Assembly: GCA_951406725.2 (NCBI GenBank) | Contig: OX597833.1 | Coordinates: 65,410,001-65,474,000, forward strand | Direction: 5' to 3' | DNA length: 64,000 nt | Source of the DNA: Octopus vulgaris | Lineage: Eukaryota | Shown here: positions 40,706 to 56,050 of the stretch, in pieces | Numbering within the stretch: the first letter of the stretch is position 1 | How the letters are laid out: the number at the start of each line of letters is the position of its first letter | Notes under the pieces: generated by a model | Database searches by the model: none | Seen by the model: only the letters and a program-made list of their open reading frames with translations | Told to the model about the DNA's origin: nothing | Program-made: the position numbers and the translations under genes

Positions 40706-40970
<265 letters not shown>

Positions 40971-41959
40971 AGTCTGTGTATGTATATGGCTAGAACGATA
41001 GTTTGATGAATAGAGAGAGAAATGGATGACTAAAATAGATGGATATATATATATATATATATATATCTGTATGTATATTTGTGTGTAGGTAGGTATGCAT
41101 GACTGTTTGTATATACACGTACATACATATCACAGCTGATATGTGAATGTTTTACAAAGTAACGAAGTTCGTACCTAATTAAATTTGACCGCCACGTCAC
41201 TCTGTAGAAGAAGAAAAAAAAGACCTTTTTCAAAATCTCAGCTGAATTCATTTTATTTCGATCTATCTCTTCTATTAATACAATTGAAAAAAATATCTCA
41301 CAGTCCCAAATAGAGAAATGGGCTTAAAATCGCTTATTAAATCATCGTTGTCGATCTTAGATTCAGACATGATATATATTGCAAATGACACCTCAACGGC
41401 GTGTACAATGACTTGACGTTAAAACACTGTAATTTTGGAGCATATTAAATTTTTCTTCACCAGAAATTGTGAATGATCAACAGGGACAGTTTCAAAACTT
41501 TCCAGATAAAAATACTGTTTCTTGCTCATAAGATGCAGTAAATTGTTTTGTTTTGTTTTTTTGTCAATATTTCTTTCTCTTCAACAGTAATTCTTACAGT
41601 TTCTCGTTTTTTTCTCTCTTCCTTTATTAATCTGATCCCAACGAAATATTCTTCACTTCGTTCTAGCGTTGCATGTTATCGTTTTAAAGTATTTCTTCCG
41701 CCTGGTTTAATTCCACAACAAAATCTTGAAGAGCTTCGCTAACATTATATCTTTATATATTGACGTCTTTACGTTTGGTGCTCGACAATCTTGAAATATA
41801 ATTTATTATAGAATTTAAATTCCGTGTAACTTGTCATCTTGCAAAAAACTAAAGCGCCGACTTTACATTTTGATATATATATATTTATAGTTAAAGCTTA
41901 CGAGAAAGTCTTTGGAAATGTCTTGAAATGAAGAAAATTTATATATATATATAAATATG

Positions 41960-42460
41960 TATTGGTTTGTCCGGAAAGTTCGTGCCGATTTATAGTGGCT
42001 TACATTTCGACTTATTTTAGAACATGGTTCAGTCCATAAAATAGGATTTGACTACACCTCCATTTACAGAACAGTTTAAGCTATCTGTTCGGAGAAGAAG
42101 GTTTATGTTCCTATAACCTCTGTAACCCTTTAAAATGGAAGATAAGAAAGTCCGTTTTCGGCACTTGATGCTTTGGGAACCAGAAGAAAATTGCTGCTGC
42201 TCGGCTGGGATGTGTTACCCCACGATCCATATTCACCAGATATTGCTCCTTTGGATTTCCACTTATTCGGGTCTCTGCAGAATTGCCTTAATGTTAAAAA
42301 TTTCAATTCTTTGGATGACGTAAAAAGATACCTTGATGAATTCTTTGCCATGAAACCACCTTAGTTCTGGGAAAAGGGTATTTTGAAGTTAAAGGAAAGA
42401 TGGAGATGCATTGTACAACAAAATGGTTCATATTTGGTTGATTAAAAATGTAATGACAAG
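41960..42460 (+). mobile_element. Internally deleted mariner transposon (5' TIR, N-terminal 15 codons fused to C-terminal catalytic end)
   Basis: TA followed by TIR-like ttggtttgtccggaaagttcgtgccgattt. MEDKKVRFRHLMLWE is a mariner N-terminus. LLLLGWDVLPHDPYSPDIAPLDFHLFGSLQNCLNVKNFNSLDDVKRYLDEFF...FWEKGILKLKERWRCIVQQNGSYLVD* carries the YSPDLAPxD-type motif. No 3' TIR seen. Confidence 0.9.
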
Positions 42461-42669
42461 TATTGTGCTATTGTGAATATTACAAAGCAACGCTGGAATA
42501 CTTTCCTTTCCTAAAGATGTCTACATGATTTATAACATATTTGATTCATAGAGAAATGTGAATCGAGACTAGCTGTGAGATTTGGGGTTGCAGAATTACT
42601 TCTTAAAAACTGTGAGTTGAACAGGCAAAAATGTTCAAAATGGCATCAAGAATGTTTCAAGCACCGGTG

Positions 42670-42930
42670 GTGAAGGGATGCGGTTTATTAGTTAGGAGTA
42701 TTCGGCTCACCATCGATTTCTGGCGGCAAGTTGTGTCCTTGAGCATGACAATTTATTTCACTTGGTAGCAATCCATTCAAGTAACAAAAATGAGTTGTAC
42801 CTATGATTCAAAAGGCCAGTCTCATGATAATCTGTAAAATGCTGAATCTCCGAGGACTCCCTAATCCTGAGCAGGTTGTTCCGTTGATCGGATCAACTGG
42901 AAGTCTCGATGTTGTAACCGACGGAATACA
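42670..42930 (+). mobile_element. Diverged SINE-C/D copy
   Basis: tgtgtccttgagcatgac...aaaaatgagttgtacc...ttccgttgatcggatcaactgg...gtaaccgacgg. Confidence 0.65.
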
Positions 42931-43494
42931 AGTTATCCTTCACCGGTATTTCGGAGTAATTGCGACATTTCAGTGGCAGACATTCCCTGGTCATCCGTAG
43001 CAAGCTACAAACTTCGTTGTAATAATTTCCAGTTTTATTCTGTGTATATTTATTTGATTATAGATTTATCTCTCAAGCGATTCACACGATAATTTTTCTC
43101 TTCTTTAACTTATTTTTATGAATTTATCGCATAGGCATGATACAACTTGGCAAACATTAATGGGAAATGATGAGAGAATTTCAATTTATAACATTGCAAA
43201 TGAATAGCATACTCCTTTCATATACAAGTCAACATTTCAGCATTGAGAGCGGTATTTTTGTATTCACGTTCCAAATTATGTTAAATTGCATACATTTTTT
43301 AGACCGTTTTTTTTCGATTTGACACATATCAAACCTTTAAAATGTTAAACACGTTTCGTTATTCATTATTCATTATTCATTAGTGATAATCAAAGAAAGT
43401 ATATAGAAACATTCACACTAATAAGGTAGTTTTTTTTTAACATATTCGTATCAATGTTTCAAGTTATTTCAAAGAGGTTACAGAAAAACACACA

Positions 43495-44704
<1,210 letters not shown>

Positions 44705-44854
44705 AAATTATATCTTTATCAGTTTCATGACACCTCTCCGATGAACGGGAACAGGAAATTCTTTTTCTGACAATTTTGTTGCTTCAATATATATATTAAC
44801 ACATTTTTCTGAAAAAATATGGGTAGAGTATCCTGTTCATGCTATATGATTCTT

Positions 44855-45070
44855 TTCTAATTTCAGCACAAGACCTGAAAATGCTTTGGGAGGGGACCAG
44901 TCGATTGCACCGCCCCCCCCCCCAATGCAACTGGTACTTAATTTATTCTTCCCGAAAGGATGAAAGGCAAAGTGGAACTCGGCGGGATTTGAATTGAGAA
45001 CGTAAAGAACAGGCGAAATTCCGCAAAACATTTCCACCGGCGTGCTAACTCTTGTGGCAGCTCGCCTGCG
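44855..45070 (-). mobile_element. SINE-B-like copy (alternative-tail subfamily)
   Basis: cagcacaagacctgaaa...ctggtacttaatttattcttcccgaaaggatgaaaggcaaagt...cggcgtgctaac...cagctcgcc. Confidence 0.75.
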
Positions 45071-45093
45071 TTTGAGAAGAAAATAATTCCCTT

Positions 45094-45134
<41 letters not shown>

Positions 45135-46053
45135 GACGTATATATATATATATATATATTAAAGCTGCAAAATGTGTACGAAATTTGTTTCCCAGAGTTT
45201 CAGGTTCTCGTCCGTCGGAAAGTTGTCATGAAAACTGACTGAATTTTTTTTGGGGGGTGGGGGGATATATAATATAGTGTGATGTAATTCAAATAGACGA
45301 ACAAGCGTTTAAATTCGATTAGGTGATTGATTTTCTAAACATAACCGAAACCAGCTTATGATAAGATCAAAAAAAGTCTCGCTTAGAACTATATATATTT
45401 ATATATATATATATAGGCATATTAGTGTGTGTTTTATTTGGTTAGTGCTCCACCCCCGCTTGACAACGTGTGCTGATTTCATTGCGTCCCTGTAAATTTG
45501 CAGTTCGGCCAAGGAGTGGATAAAATAAGTACCTGGCTCTAAAAAAAAAACAAAACCAATTTGTAGGTTCGGTCCGTACGTTAAAACTCTTCAAGGCGAT
45601 GCCCCGGCATGGCCACAGTTTAATGACAGAAACAAATAGAAGAATAGTTGTTGGTATGGCCATTAATTAGCTTCAGGTCAGACTTCATTGCATAACCCTA
45701 CAATTAAACGCCTCTCAACCGTGACCATCTTGTATTCTTCTTAGCCGTATAGTCTAAGACAGGAGTCTACAAAATGCTGTTTAAGACATTAGTTTGTGAT
45801 ATAAATTAGATTTCACCGAAATTTCGAGTAATTCCGTGTAACCAAATACAGATTCTTGTATTCGCTCGATGTCTGCCATTAGGTCCTGCTGCTGTAATTA
45901 AAGACCTCTAAGAACAGAGAGAAAATCTTGTGCGGGGTTTGATTGTACTCTTCGTATCACACATACATGCCGATACATACGCACGCACGCACGCACACAC
46001 AAACGCACACCCATATATGCACAGACAAACATATATATATATATATCTGCATG

Positions 46054-46090
<37 letters not shown>

Positions 46091-46266
46091 AAAGAAGGAG
46101 AGAGAGAGAAAGAGGAAGAGAAAGATTGCTAGATAGATAGGTAGATAGATAGACAGTCAGACAGATAGAGAGAGAGATATCATAAATACACGGACACACG
46201 TATGCATACAAATATATCTGTATGTATATATACATATATATGTATATATATATATGTATATATATA

Positions 46267-46302
<36 letters not shown>

Positions 46303-46304
46303 TA

Positions 46305-46357
<53 letters not shown>

Positions 46358-46551
46358 ATATAAAGAATGTATATGATATCAGAACGTATTAATGACTGTA
46401 AAGCCCGTTATAACATGACAAGTTATCTTAGTTGTCTCCATTTTTTGTCTCCTCTCTATATAAATACAAAATAATTTATTGGATAATCTCGATACGATAT
46501 TCCCACGGGAAGTAACATAACCTCTACCATATACATACATACATACATCCT

Positions 46552-46583
<32 letters not shown>

Positions 46584-46925
46584 ATAGAAACACGAATGAT
46601 GGATGATCCCATTATTATTAAAACGGATAATAGAAATTTAGTAATGAGTATTAATTTTCTCTGCATATGACATATGTTGGGTTCCGCAAAGATATTTATA
46701 ACTGACGTAGGAATTTGGATATGACTAATGGATGTTATCTATCATATGACATCAATTCTTCAATGTAACATTAATTTGATATATAATTTAGATACAGGAC
46801 GAGCGTGTTCGGAAAACAGGGGAAGAAAAACAATTATATACCCTACACCTCCACATGACATACGTGTAAATATATATATTACATATGTGTATATGTATAT
46901 GTGTCTATGTGTGTTCGTGTGTAAT

Positions 46926-47070
<145 letters not shown>

Positions 47071-47486
47071 GTATATCTATCTATGTATCTATATGCATAG
47101 ATAATAGTTTACATCAATGGTGGCTCCTCCGAAGTTTCTGGCGTTATAGCTAAGATGTCAGCATTAACATAGAAACTTGGTATTAAATGTTCATTGTTGT
47201 TATTATAATTTATTTCGCTTCTTACGAACAGCGTTTGCATTCACTGTTCGCTGTATGTTTAGTGTATCTACAATACAAACCTAGGGAACTAGAATACACA
47301 TATCTATACATATAAATTTGACGTAGACGATTCTTTCTTGTCTTGTGATTCACGGTCAAACTGTTGGGTGGAATTGCACGAAAAATTACACAGATGTATA
47401 GAATAATCCGGTGGTGTTGCTGGGATTTGTACTTTTTCATAGCTCCAATGATTACCGAGGTAATCTACTATAGTAATACTCTTGTG

Positions 47487-47602
<116 letters not shown>

Positions 47603-48717
47603 TGTTTCTTTATTAGCCACACAGGGCTGCACACAGATAGAACAAATTACAAGGTAGAGCTTTTCTTTTGAAGGTTTAAAAAAGAAAAAAAAAAAAAAGG
47701 AAGGGGGAGTTTCGATCAAAAGGGATCGTAAAAGGAGAGAAAGAGGACAAAAAAAGGGGGTTAAAAAAAAGGGGGAGAGGAAAAAAAATTGATCAATAGG
47801 GATCGTTATCACAGAAATGTCAATATGAAGTGTAAAGGGGAGGACAGGTGAGGTTTACCCGTGGAAAGAAAAGCCTACGGAAAAGACCACGGTAACCTCG
47901 GTCAATGAAGTCACATTTTATATTTCTTTTTTTTTTTTTTTTTTGCAAATAAGCAACTCTCTGTTTTCGATTTCTGGGTTCATAGGACTATGCTCAAGGT
48001 GGCTTCGTCATTCATACGTGCCATTCTTGCTACATTCACCCATCTTTTTTTAAAATATTCGCTAGACAAAACTTGCCTCTCTACTCTCACTTTCCTTTTC
48101 AAGTGGTACTTGAAGAAGTTGATGAGAGATTGACCAGAGAGGAAAGTGTTTGTCTCCAATCCTTTCAGACGCGTCCACCAGATACATTCTTTCGCCATAG
48201 CCACAAGGATGATGAAAATAGCTCTTCCTTCCCGTTTGAAGGAAGGAGGCGTGACAATATTGACGATAGATTCAGCTGATAAACCGACTCGTCCCACACG
48301 TGACAGCAGTTGTTCGACATAAGCCCACAGGTCGGAAATTGTTGGACACTGAACGAGTGCGTGCAGAACGGTTTCGTCGCTCTGACCGCATCTCGGGCAG
48401 GTCGGCCCCGTGTTTCTCGAGCCGTGTCTGTAGAGCTTATCCCGAACGGGTAGCGCTTCTCGGTAGCACTGCCAGGCCAGGGATCTCTGGAAGTTGTCCA
48501 TGGGCCCTGGCCCGAAAGTCGTCCTGAACAGGCGGGTCAGGTACTCCTCGTCGACGTCCAGGTTCGCCCCGAGCTCGTCGTCGTACCTCCCCTCCACTAA
48601 ACCCCTATAGAATGCTTTGGTTGTGTTGAAGTCACTTAAGGTCGACCCAGGACGGCAGAGTTGCTTGAGAGCAACGCGACACTCGCGGTGCCATTCGCCC
48701 TTCCTCGGCCTCTTTTT
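47603..48717 (-). mobile_element. L1-clade (Tx1-like) LINE, 5'-truncated copy 1
   Basis: Uninterrupted ORF2 C-terminus (47980-48717): ...DNFQRSLAWQCYREALPVRDKLYRHG...CPRCGQSDETVLHALVQC...AKECIWWTR..., a zf-RVT CCHC domain typical of L1/Tx1. ~375-bp T-rich 3' UTR ending AATAAAGAAACA plus (TATC)n. Confidence 0.88.
47980..48717 (-). pseudogene. Tx1/L1 ORF2 C-terminal zinc-knuckle (zf-RVT) fragment; no start, RT or EN domain
   Basis: The ORF-track 369-aa ORF is this fragment read in frame from the upstream (TATC)n tract (IYLS repeats). Confidence 0.85.
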
Positions 48718-49057
<340 letters not shown>

Positions 49058-50143
49058 TGTTTCTTTATTAGCCACACAGGGCTGCACACAGATAGAACAA
49101 ATTACAAGGTAGAGCTTTTCTTTTGAAGGTTTAAGAAAAAAAAAAAAAAAAAAAAGGAAGGGGGAGTTTCGATCAAAAGGGATCGTAAAAGGAGAGAAAG
49201 AGGAGAAAAAAAGGGGGTTTCAAAAAAAGGGGGGAGGAACAAAAATTGATCAATAGGGATCGTTATCACAGAAATGTCAATATGAAGTGTAAAGGGGAGG
49301 ACAGGTGAGGTTTACCCGTGCAAAGAAAAGCCTACGGAAAAGACCACGGTAACCTCGGTCAATGATGTCACAATTTATATTTCTTTTTTTTTTTTTTGCA
49401 AATAAGCAACTCTCTGTTTTCGATTTCTGGGTTCATAGGACTATGCTCAAGGTGGCTTCGTCATTCATACGTGCCATTCTTGCTACATTCACCCATCTTT
49501 TTTTAAAACATTCGCTAGACAAAACTTGCCTCTCTACTCTCACTTTCCTTTTCAAGTGGTACTTGAAGAAGTTGATGAGAGATTGACCAGAGAGGAAAGT
49601 GTTTGTCTCCAATCCTTTCAGACGCGTCCACCAGATACATTCTTTCGCCATAGCCACAAGGATGATGAAAATAGCTCTTCCTTCCCGTTTGAAGGAAGGA
49701 GGCGTGACAATATTGACGATAGACTCAGCTGATAAACCGACTCGTCCCACACGTGACAGCAGTTGTTCGACATAAGCCCACAGGTCGGAAATTGTTGGAC
49801 ACTGAACGAGTGCGTGCAGAACGGTTTCGTCGCTCTGACCGCATCTCGGGCAGGTCGGCCCCGTGTTTCTCGAGCCGTGTCTGTAGAGCTTATCCCGAAC
49901 GGGTAGCGCTTCTCGGTAGCACTGCCAGGCCAGGGATCTCTGGAAGTTGTCCATGGGCCCTGGCCCGAAAGTCGTCCTGAACAGGCGGGTCAGGTACTCC
50001 TCGTCGACGTCCAGGTTCGCCCCGAGCTCGTCGTCGTACCTCCCCTCCACTAAACCCCTATAGAATGCTTTGGTTGTGTTGAAGTCACTTAAGGTCGACC
50101 CAGGACGGCAGAGTTGCTTGAGAGCAACGCGACACTCGCGGTG
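49058..50143 (-). mobile_element. L1-clade (Tx1-like) LINE, 5'-truncated copy 2
   Basis: About 99% identical to copy 1, with roughly ten visible substitutions or homopolymer indels (e.g. SEYF vs SECF). The 5' end lies 27 nt shorter. The 5' flank is degenerate agatagatggatggata. Confidence 0.88.
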
Positions 50144-50587
50144 AGATAGATGGATGGATAAATATTTAAAACAACGGAGAAAAATACAAGAAAAAACGGC
50201 GACGCCAGGACGTGGTACATGCAGAATATTAATAAGACGATCAGAGAATGAGATTTTTATGCACTTGAGCCCACATAACAATATCAAGCCGGTTGCCTTT
50301 TAACTTGGTGGGTTATTTTTAGTTTTTGCTGTAAACGACCTCCATCTCCATTTCTCAATGTCTAAAAAAATGTTATGTAATACAAGTCTAAGAGATGCGT
50401 GATTGATGCGGATATAATTCGCATCCCGATGAAACAAATATTTACCATATTAATATCTTGCTATGATTCTGGAATGAATCAAACGTGCCAAACATGCAGC
50501 ATTCTCTGTGTGTAATCCGCCACCCTCTTACATGTAACACGAGGCACAATTTATTGCGCCACTCATATTGTGCGGTTAGAGATGCCT

Positions 50588-50679
50588 TACACACATACAC
50601 ACATACTCACACACACACACACAGATATATACATATATATATGTATGTATGTACGTATGTATGCATGTATATATAAATA

Positions 50680-50710
<31 letters not shown>

Positions 50711-50717
50711 ACATACA

Positions 50718-50757
<40 letters not shown>

Positions 50758-50878
50758 GATAGATAGATAGATAGATAGAGATAAATATATATACATACAT
50801 ACATACATACACACATACATACATACATACATACATACATACATACATACATACATACATACATACATACATACATAC
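50588..50878. repeat. (CA)/(TA)/(GATA)/(CATA)n compound array
   Basis: Direct inspection. Confidence 0.95.
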
Positions 50879-51463
50879 TGTGAGCTTAAATTAATATATA
50901 TTTTCTAAAAAAAATTATTTAATATAATTATTGATTTTTTTCGATTCTCAAATGTCTGTTTACATAACATTTGGCAAGATTATGATTAATCTACGTCACC
51001 AAATAACACATTAGCTACAGTGATATGCTCAAAAGCAAGAGTCATTTATCTTACGTATGTGGTTAAAAGAACACAACGGGTTGCGTTGAAATACGTAAAG
51101 ATGAGCGGCCGGAGGTGAAAATTTGTAGTCGACTATTGCGACGGGATATCTACCTCTTAGTAATACATCTAGCAATGATTAGCATTAGCATGAGATCAGA
51201 AATAATTAGATAGAGGATTTTCTGCTGTGTTATCGTTCAGGATCTAGGAATTTGAAGGAGGAGCCAGAAAATCGACGGAGTAGCGTAGAGCGGCAAGAAG
51301 GGCCCATATGAATTTCTGACGGAATGGAGAACATCATCTGCCACCACCACAACCACCACCGCTACGAGTTCCTTTGTTCATATATCAGACTGGAAAGCAA
51401 CCGCATATCGGTTGGTCTCGTTTCACTCAGGAGTTCTGCAAATAACTGAATTAAACCAAATAC

Positions 51464-51825
51464 AAACAAGAGCACTCAGAAAGTGCAAACCTTCGCCAAG
51501 ACAACACCATCATCCTCTCAACGATTAGCCGGAGATGATTTTTAAAATGAGAATATCTGAAATAAAATCAACTGCTCTCACAAATGAGAATACTACAAGT
51601 GAACCTGACCACTCTAAAAATGTAAGTAAAAAATGAAAGAGGAAAATAATCCAGAACCCAAGTCCGGTACCGGATCGATCCCAAAATCTAATTAGTTCGT
51701 CCCAGTCATAAGGCCAATCATCTCTGGAAGTGTCATCGAAATCCATCCAGCGGTTGTTGAGATATCTTGAACGGTCCAACAAGCAAACACGGCTAAAAAC
51801 AATACTTTCTCTTTCGCTGAATTTA
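51464..51825 (-). mobile_element. Helentron-associated (HINE/DINE-1-like) non-autonomous element
   Basis: Terminal stem-loop gcactcagaaagtgc, subterminal ccttcgccaag, internal ccggatcgatcccaaaatctaat...gaaatccatcca...ttgagatatc. This layout resembles HINE-type elements (by recollection, not a database match). Confidence 0.55.
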
Positions 51826-52424
51826 TATAACAGACATATTTTTACTAGAAGGGTTTAATGCGTTGCAAATATATGCAAATTAAGTTAATTTTAAATCCCT
51901 CCATATTTTCGAAGAGAAGTTCAGTAAAATGAAATACGCCGTAAACTTCAAGTAATCAGGGGACAATTTTGTACATCCCCTTGCTGAACTGCGTAGGAAA
52001 AAACCAATGCTTTTGAGTTTGCTGTAACACGTAAATATAGGAGAGAATTTACTAGTTGGGACCGTTATAGAAACATTTATATTTCAAATTATGGTGATTA
52101 TAACGGGGATTTACGTGAAGCCATATTTAAGAGAAAAATGGCTGACTTAAATTTCAGCAATCATTATTTAAGGGTGTCTATTTTGACAGAGATGCTGCAA
52201 GTGAGGAAAATTATTAGGGCTGTCCATGAAATAGTTGTCATCAGAGCTCTGTTCAGGGAGGAAATTATAAAAACACGTATGTTGATGGTCGTAAATGTAT
52301 GACTCGTCCACCCGTCTTCAAAGATAACCATTAAACAAAACGATGAGGCATGTGCCTTTCACCTGATCCTTCTTAGGGACTGGCAAGGGTTGGTGATCAT
52401 AGCACTCGCTGGAACATTCTAGCC

Positions 52425-52830
52425 CAGTGTTTCTCAACCCTTATATTACCTATTTCTTTATTACCCACAAGGGGCTAAACACAGAGGGGACAAACAAGGA
52501 CAGACATAGGTATTAAGTCGATTACATCAACCCCAGTGCGTAACTGGTACTTAATTCATCGACCCCGAAAGGATGAAAGGCAAAGTCGACCTCGGCGGAA
52601 TTTGAACTCACAACGTAACGCAGACGAAATACCGCTAAGCATTTCGCCCGGCGTGCTAACATTTCTGCCAGCACGCCGCCTTACCTTATATTACCTATCG
52701 ACTTATATGACCTATCGACTCTTTTGTTTCCATTTTACTCAGACGGACCCTTATAACCATTCAATGTTTCAGAATTTTTTTTTTATAATTAAACATTATT
52801 AGGAAATGTACAAATTTTAAAAAATGTTGA
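52425..52830 (+). mobile_element. hAT/Charlie-like non-autonomous element end, interrupted by SINE-B
   Basis: TIR-like CAGTGTTTCTCAACC preceded by TTCTAGCC (Charlie-type NTCTAGAN target). No matching right TIR found. Confidence 0.4.
52451..52682 (-). mobile_element. SINE-B, full length, with TSD
   Basis: Near-identical to 16493-16723. TSD ccttatattacc(tat) at 52439-52450 and 52684-52695. Confidence 0.92.
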
Positions 52831-52841
52831 CATAGATTGTG

Positions 52842-53077
52842 AAGGCGGCGAGCTGGCAGAACCGTTAGCACACCGGGCGAAATGCATAGCCGCCATTATG
52901 CGCCTGCCATTATGCTCTGAGTTCAAATTCCGCCGAGGTCGACTTTGCCTTTCATCCTTTCAGGGTCGATAAATTAAGTACCAGTTACGCACTGGGATCG
53001 ATGTAATCGACTTAATCCGTTTGTCTGTCCTTCTTTGTCCCCTCTGTGTTTAGCCCCTTGTGGGCAGTAAAGAAATA
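52842..53077 (+). mobile_element. SINE-B, full length
   Basis: aaggcggcgagctggcagaaccgttag...tttagccccttgtgggcagtaaagaaata. Confidence 0.9.
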
Positions 53078-53164
53078 AAATATAATAAATCTATTTATAA
53101 TCTTTATCTGGTTTCAGTCATTTTGACTGCGGACATGCTGGAGCAGATACAGAGACAAAAACAG

Positions 53165-53210
<46 letters not shown>

Positions 53211-53212
<2 letters not shown>

Positions 53213-53293
53213 TTCATTTAAAGCATATTACTCTACCACTGGTATTTGAGTACTCTTTTTTCCACCTTGTTTCACATTTATGTGTTTACTCCG
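53211..53293. mobile_element. (TA)n-embedded short element matching 13678-13752
   Basis: Near-exact sequence match, flanked by (TA)n. Confidence 0.7.
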
Positions 53294-53328
53294 GTATATA
53301 TATATATATATACACACACACACATATA

Positions 53329-53372
<44 letters not shown>

Positions 53373-53901
53373 GTATGTATGTGTGTATGTATGTATGTTT
53401 GTATGTATGTATGTATATATATATATATATATATAACAATACGGGCATATTGTGAAAGCTCCTCGAACACTTATTAGATATTTAAATATATTTAAAATAG
53501 CAGTAATATGAAGAATTTGAAATGTAATCGATTTTCATTTCAATTAAAATATATTACATCTTACACACAAATTACATTCGGCAATAAAAGAAGCATCAAT
53601 AAATGTAAGAATCGTATTATATTATTATGTAATACCAAGTTAAGTAATAAGTTAAGCTATGAAAAGCACACAACAGGAAAATGCTGAATTTGCGTAATAA
53701 AACAGTTAATTTCATTTTCCCATTTCACATTTTATATTTTCTCTTAATTTTTTTTTTTTTTTCAATTATTTCGTAAATTTTGTATCTAGGTTATTGTTGT
53801 TATATGTTGATATTATTAAAAAATAAATGAAATCTTCATCATTTTTTGTTGTTTTTGTTATTGTTATTATTATTATCATTATTATTATTATTATTATTAT
53901 A

Positions 53902-53952
<51 letters not shown>

Positions 53953-54071
53953 GCCTATATTTTTGTCTTGTAGCAACATCTGATATATAAAGATTTAAGT
54001 TGAAATTATGTTTCTGGAGAGTGGGTTACATATATATATATATATATGCACGTATGTGTATATGTATGTAC

Positions 54072-54087
<16 letters not shown>

Positions 54088-54142
<55 letters not shown>

Positions 54143-54148
54143 GATGGG

Positions 54149-54242
<94 letters not shown>
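54088..54242. repeat. (GA)n(GATA)n array
   Basis: Direct inspection. Confidence 0.95.
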
Positions 54243-54243
<1 letters not shown>

Positions 54244-54713
54244 ACGTATATATGCCTAAATATTCATAAGTGAGGAGCAAAATCACTAGTTCCAACATTT
54301 TCAAACGAGATATATAAGTCGTAACAATACTAGACGGTAACGGTTCTTTTGCCACAATAAAATGGCTGTTCTATAACGAACTATGTTACTACCTTTTAAC
54401 CTTAGGAAAACGTCATGTGCAGTTATTTAATGACATAAAATCTGTGCCTGATATATTGTGAGTAAGGGAGCCAGCCATTTCCCTCTTGCTTGGCAAGACC
54501 AGTAGACCATGTTTTCTGGTTCTTTACCCTTCATCAGTACTAGGCACCTCCCTGCTAGAGATTGCAGTGCAATATATATTAAGAATTCTGTTTTATCAGT
54601 ATTCGATATTATCTCATAGCCGTTGTGATGTGCTTTAAGCCTCATAGTTTGTTATATATATTAGCTAGAGGCTCAATATACGATGGGAAAAGTGTAAAAT
54701 TACAACGATATTA

Positions 54714-54741
54714 TAACGTTTCGAGCATGGCTCTTCGTCAG
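54714..54741 (-). ncRNA. Minimal hammerhead ribozyme motif (PLE type)
   Basis: Minus strand CUGACGA A GAGC CAU GCUC GAAAC GUUA. Same stem II as 29629-29656 with a different loop. Confidence 0.62.
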
Positions 54742-55869
54742 AAAGAGGAGACGGGAATGATCCGGTGAAGGAAATGTATTACTTGGCTGAATTGACTGGA
54801 AGTATATATTTGTGTGGGTGTGTGCGTGTGGGTATGTGTGTATATGTTTGCATTAGGTAATACGAAGCACAAAATACATAATTGTTTAGGAGGAAATGTT
54901 CTTTTACGCAAAAAATTAGAATGCCCAACGGAGTACGCTAGTTCGTATTATTCATTAATTGTTGATGTCACTCCCTTTTATCAGGTTCTATATATGAGAA
55001 AATTAGATGCATTTTTGTAATTTTGCTTGGCGTGTTACTAAAAATCATTAAATGTATTTTAATAAAAGAATGTATTTTAATAAAAGAAATATTTTAATTA
55101 AACTTTATTTCATAAAAAATAAACCATATAATTTTATTTTATACCTATCATTTAACAATAGATTTTTTTACGTATTTTTATGTTATTAATTCATATATTG
55201 GAATACAATCAGAATAGCTAGAGCTATATTATAAATTAGAATCTATTTTCAAAAAATACAATTTATTTAAAACTGTCCTTGGCTTGGTGTTGAATACGTC
55301 ATTTAAACTTATTAATATTTTGGTGTATTTTTTCATATAACACTTTCAATTTTTCACGCGGTGTTTTTTTACCTTTTTTTTCTTCTTTTAGTTGCAGAAG
55401 CAGTAATATCATTCATTATACGATATTTCTTCTATATAGAGAATGAATTGGCAGGATTTATTTCAAAAATACGTAATATATAATGGTACTATTTGCATAT
55501 TTTATGTTTATGCCATTTTATATTTTATGCTTTTATTTTTTACTAGTTCTTGTCTGGGACATCGTATTCAAGGGTTTCGTCGAACAAATCCACCACAGAA
55601 CAAAACTCTGTGCTTGTTTTATAAGTATCACTTGCCAAACCAACAAGGTACGTGGACATAAACAAAACAACACCGGTTGTCGAGCGGTGGTGGTTTGTTT
55701 GGTACATACACAAAGACATCCACGCAGACATTACATGTGTGCGTGTGTGTGTGTGTGCATGCGTGTGTGTGTATACATACGCATAACTATACAGGTATTT
55801 ATATATATATATATATATCTTATATGTGTGCGTGCGCGTGCGTGCGTTTGTGTGTGTAGTTGCTGAGAC

Positions 55870-56050
55870 CCACTTCTGTCATCGCTGACCATGGGATTGA
55901 ACCTAGAAAGTTACCCTCCGAGGAACAAGTCCGGGCAAGGTTGTTTATGGAAGACCATGCATGCCAGCAAACCATGCATACCAGCCTCCGCTCTCCACAC
56001 CACTGATGTTATCCAAGGGAAAGGCAAAGGTTAATACAGCTTGGCACCTG
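55870..56050. mobile_element. Probable SINE fragment (family unassigned)
   Basis: GC-richer unique segment with SINE-like character (gtccgggcaaggttgtttatggaagacc...atccaagggaaaggcaaagg). Single copy in the window. Confidence 0.35.

Noticed and set aside
51900-52190. Possible Tc1/mariner C-terminal relic (NGDLREAIFK)
   Set aside because: Too degenerate to call without alignment.
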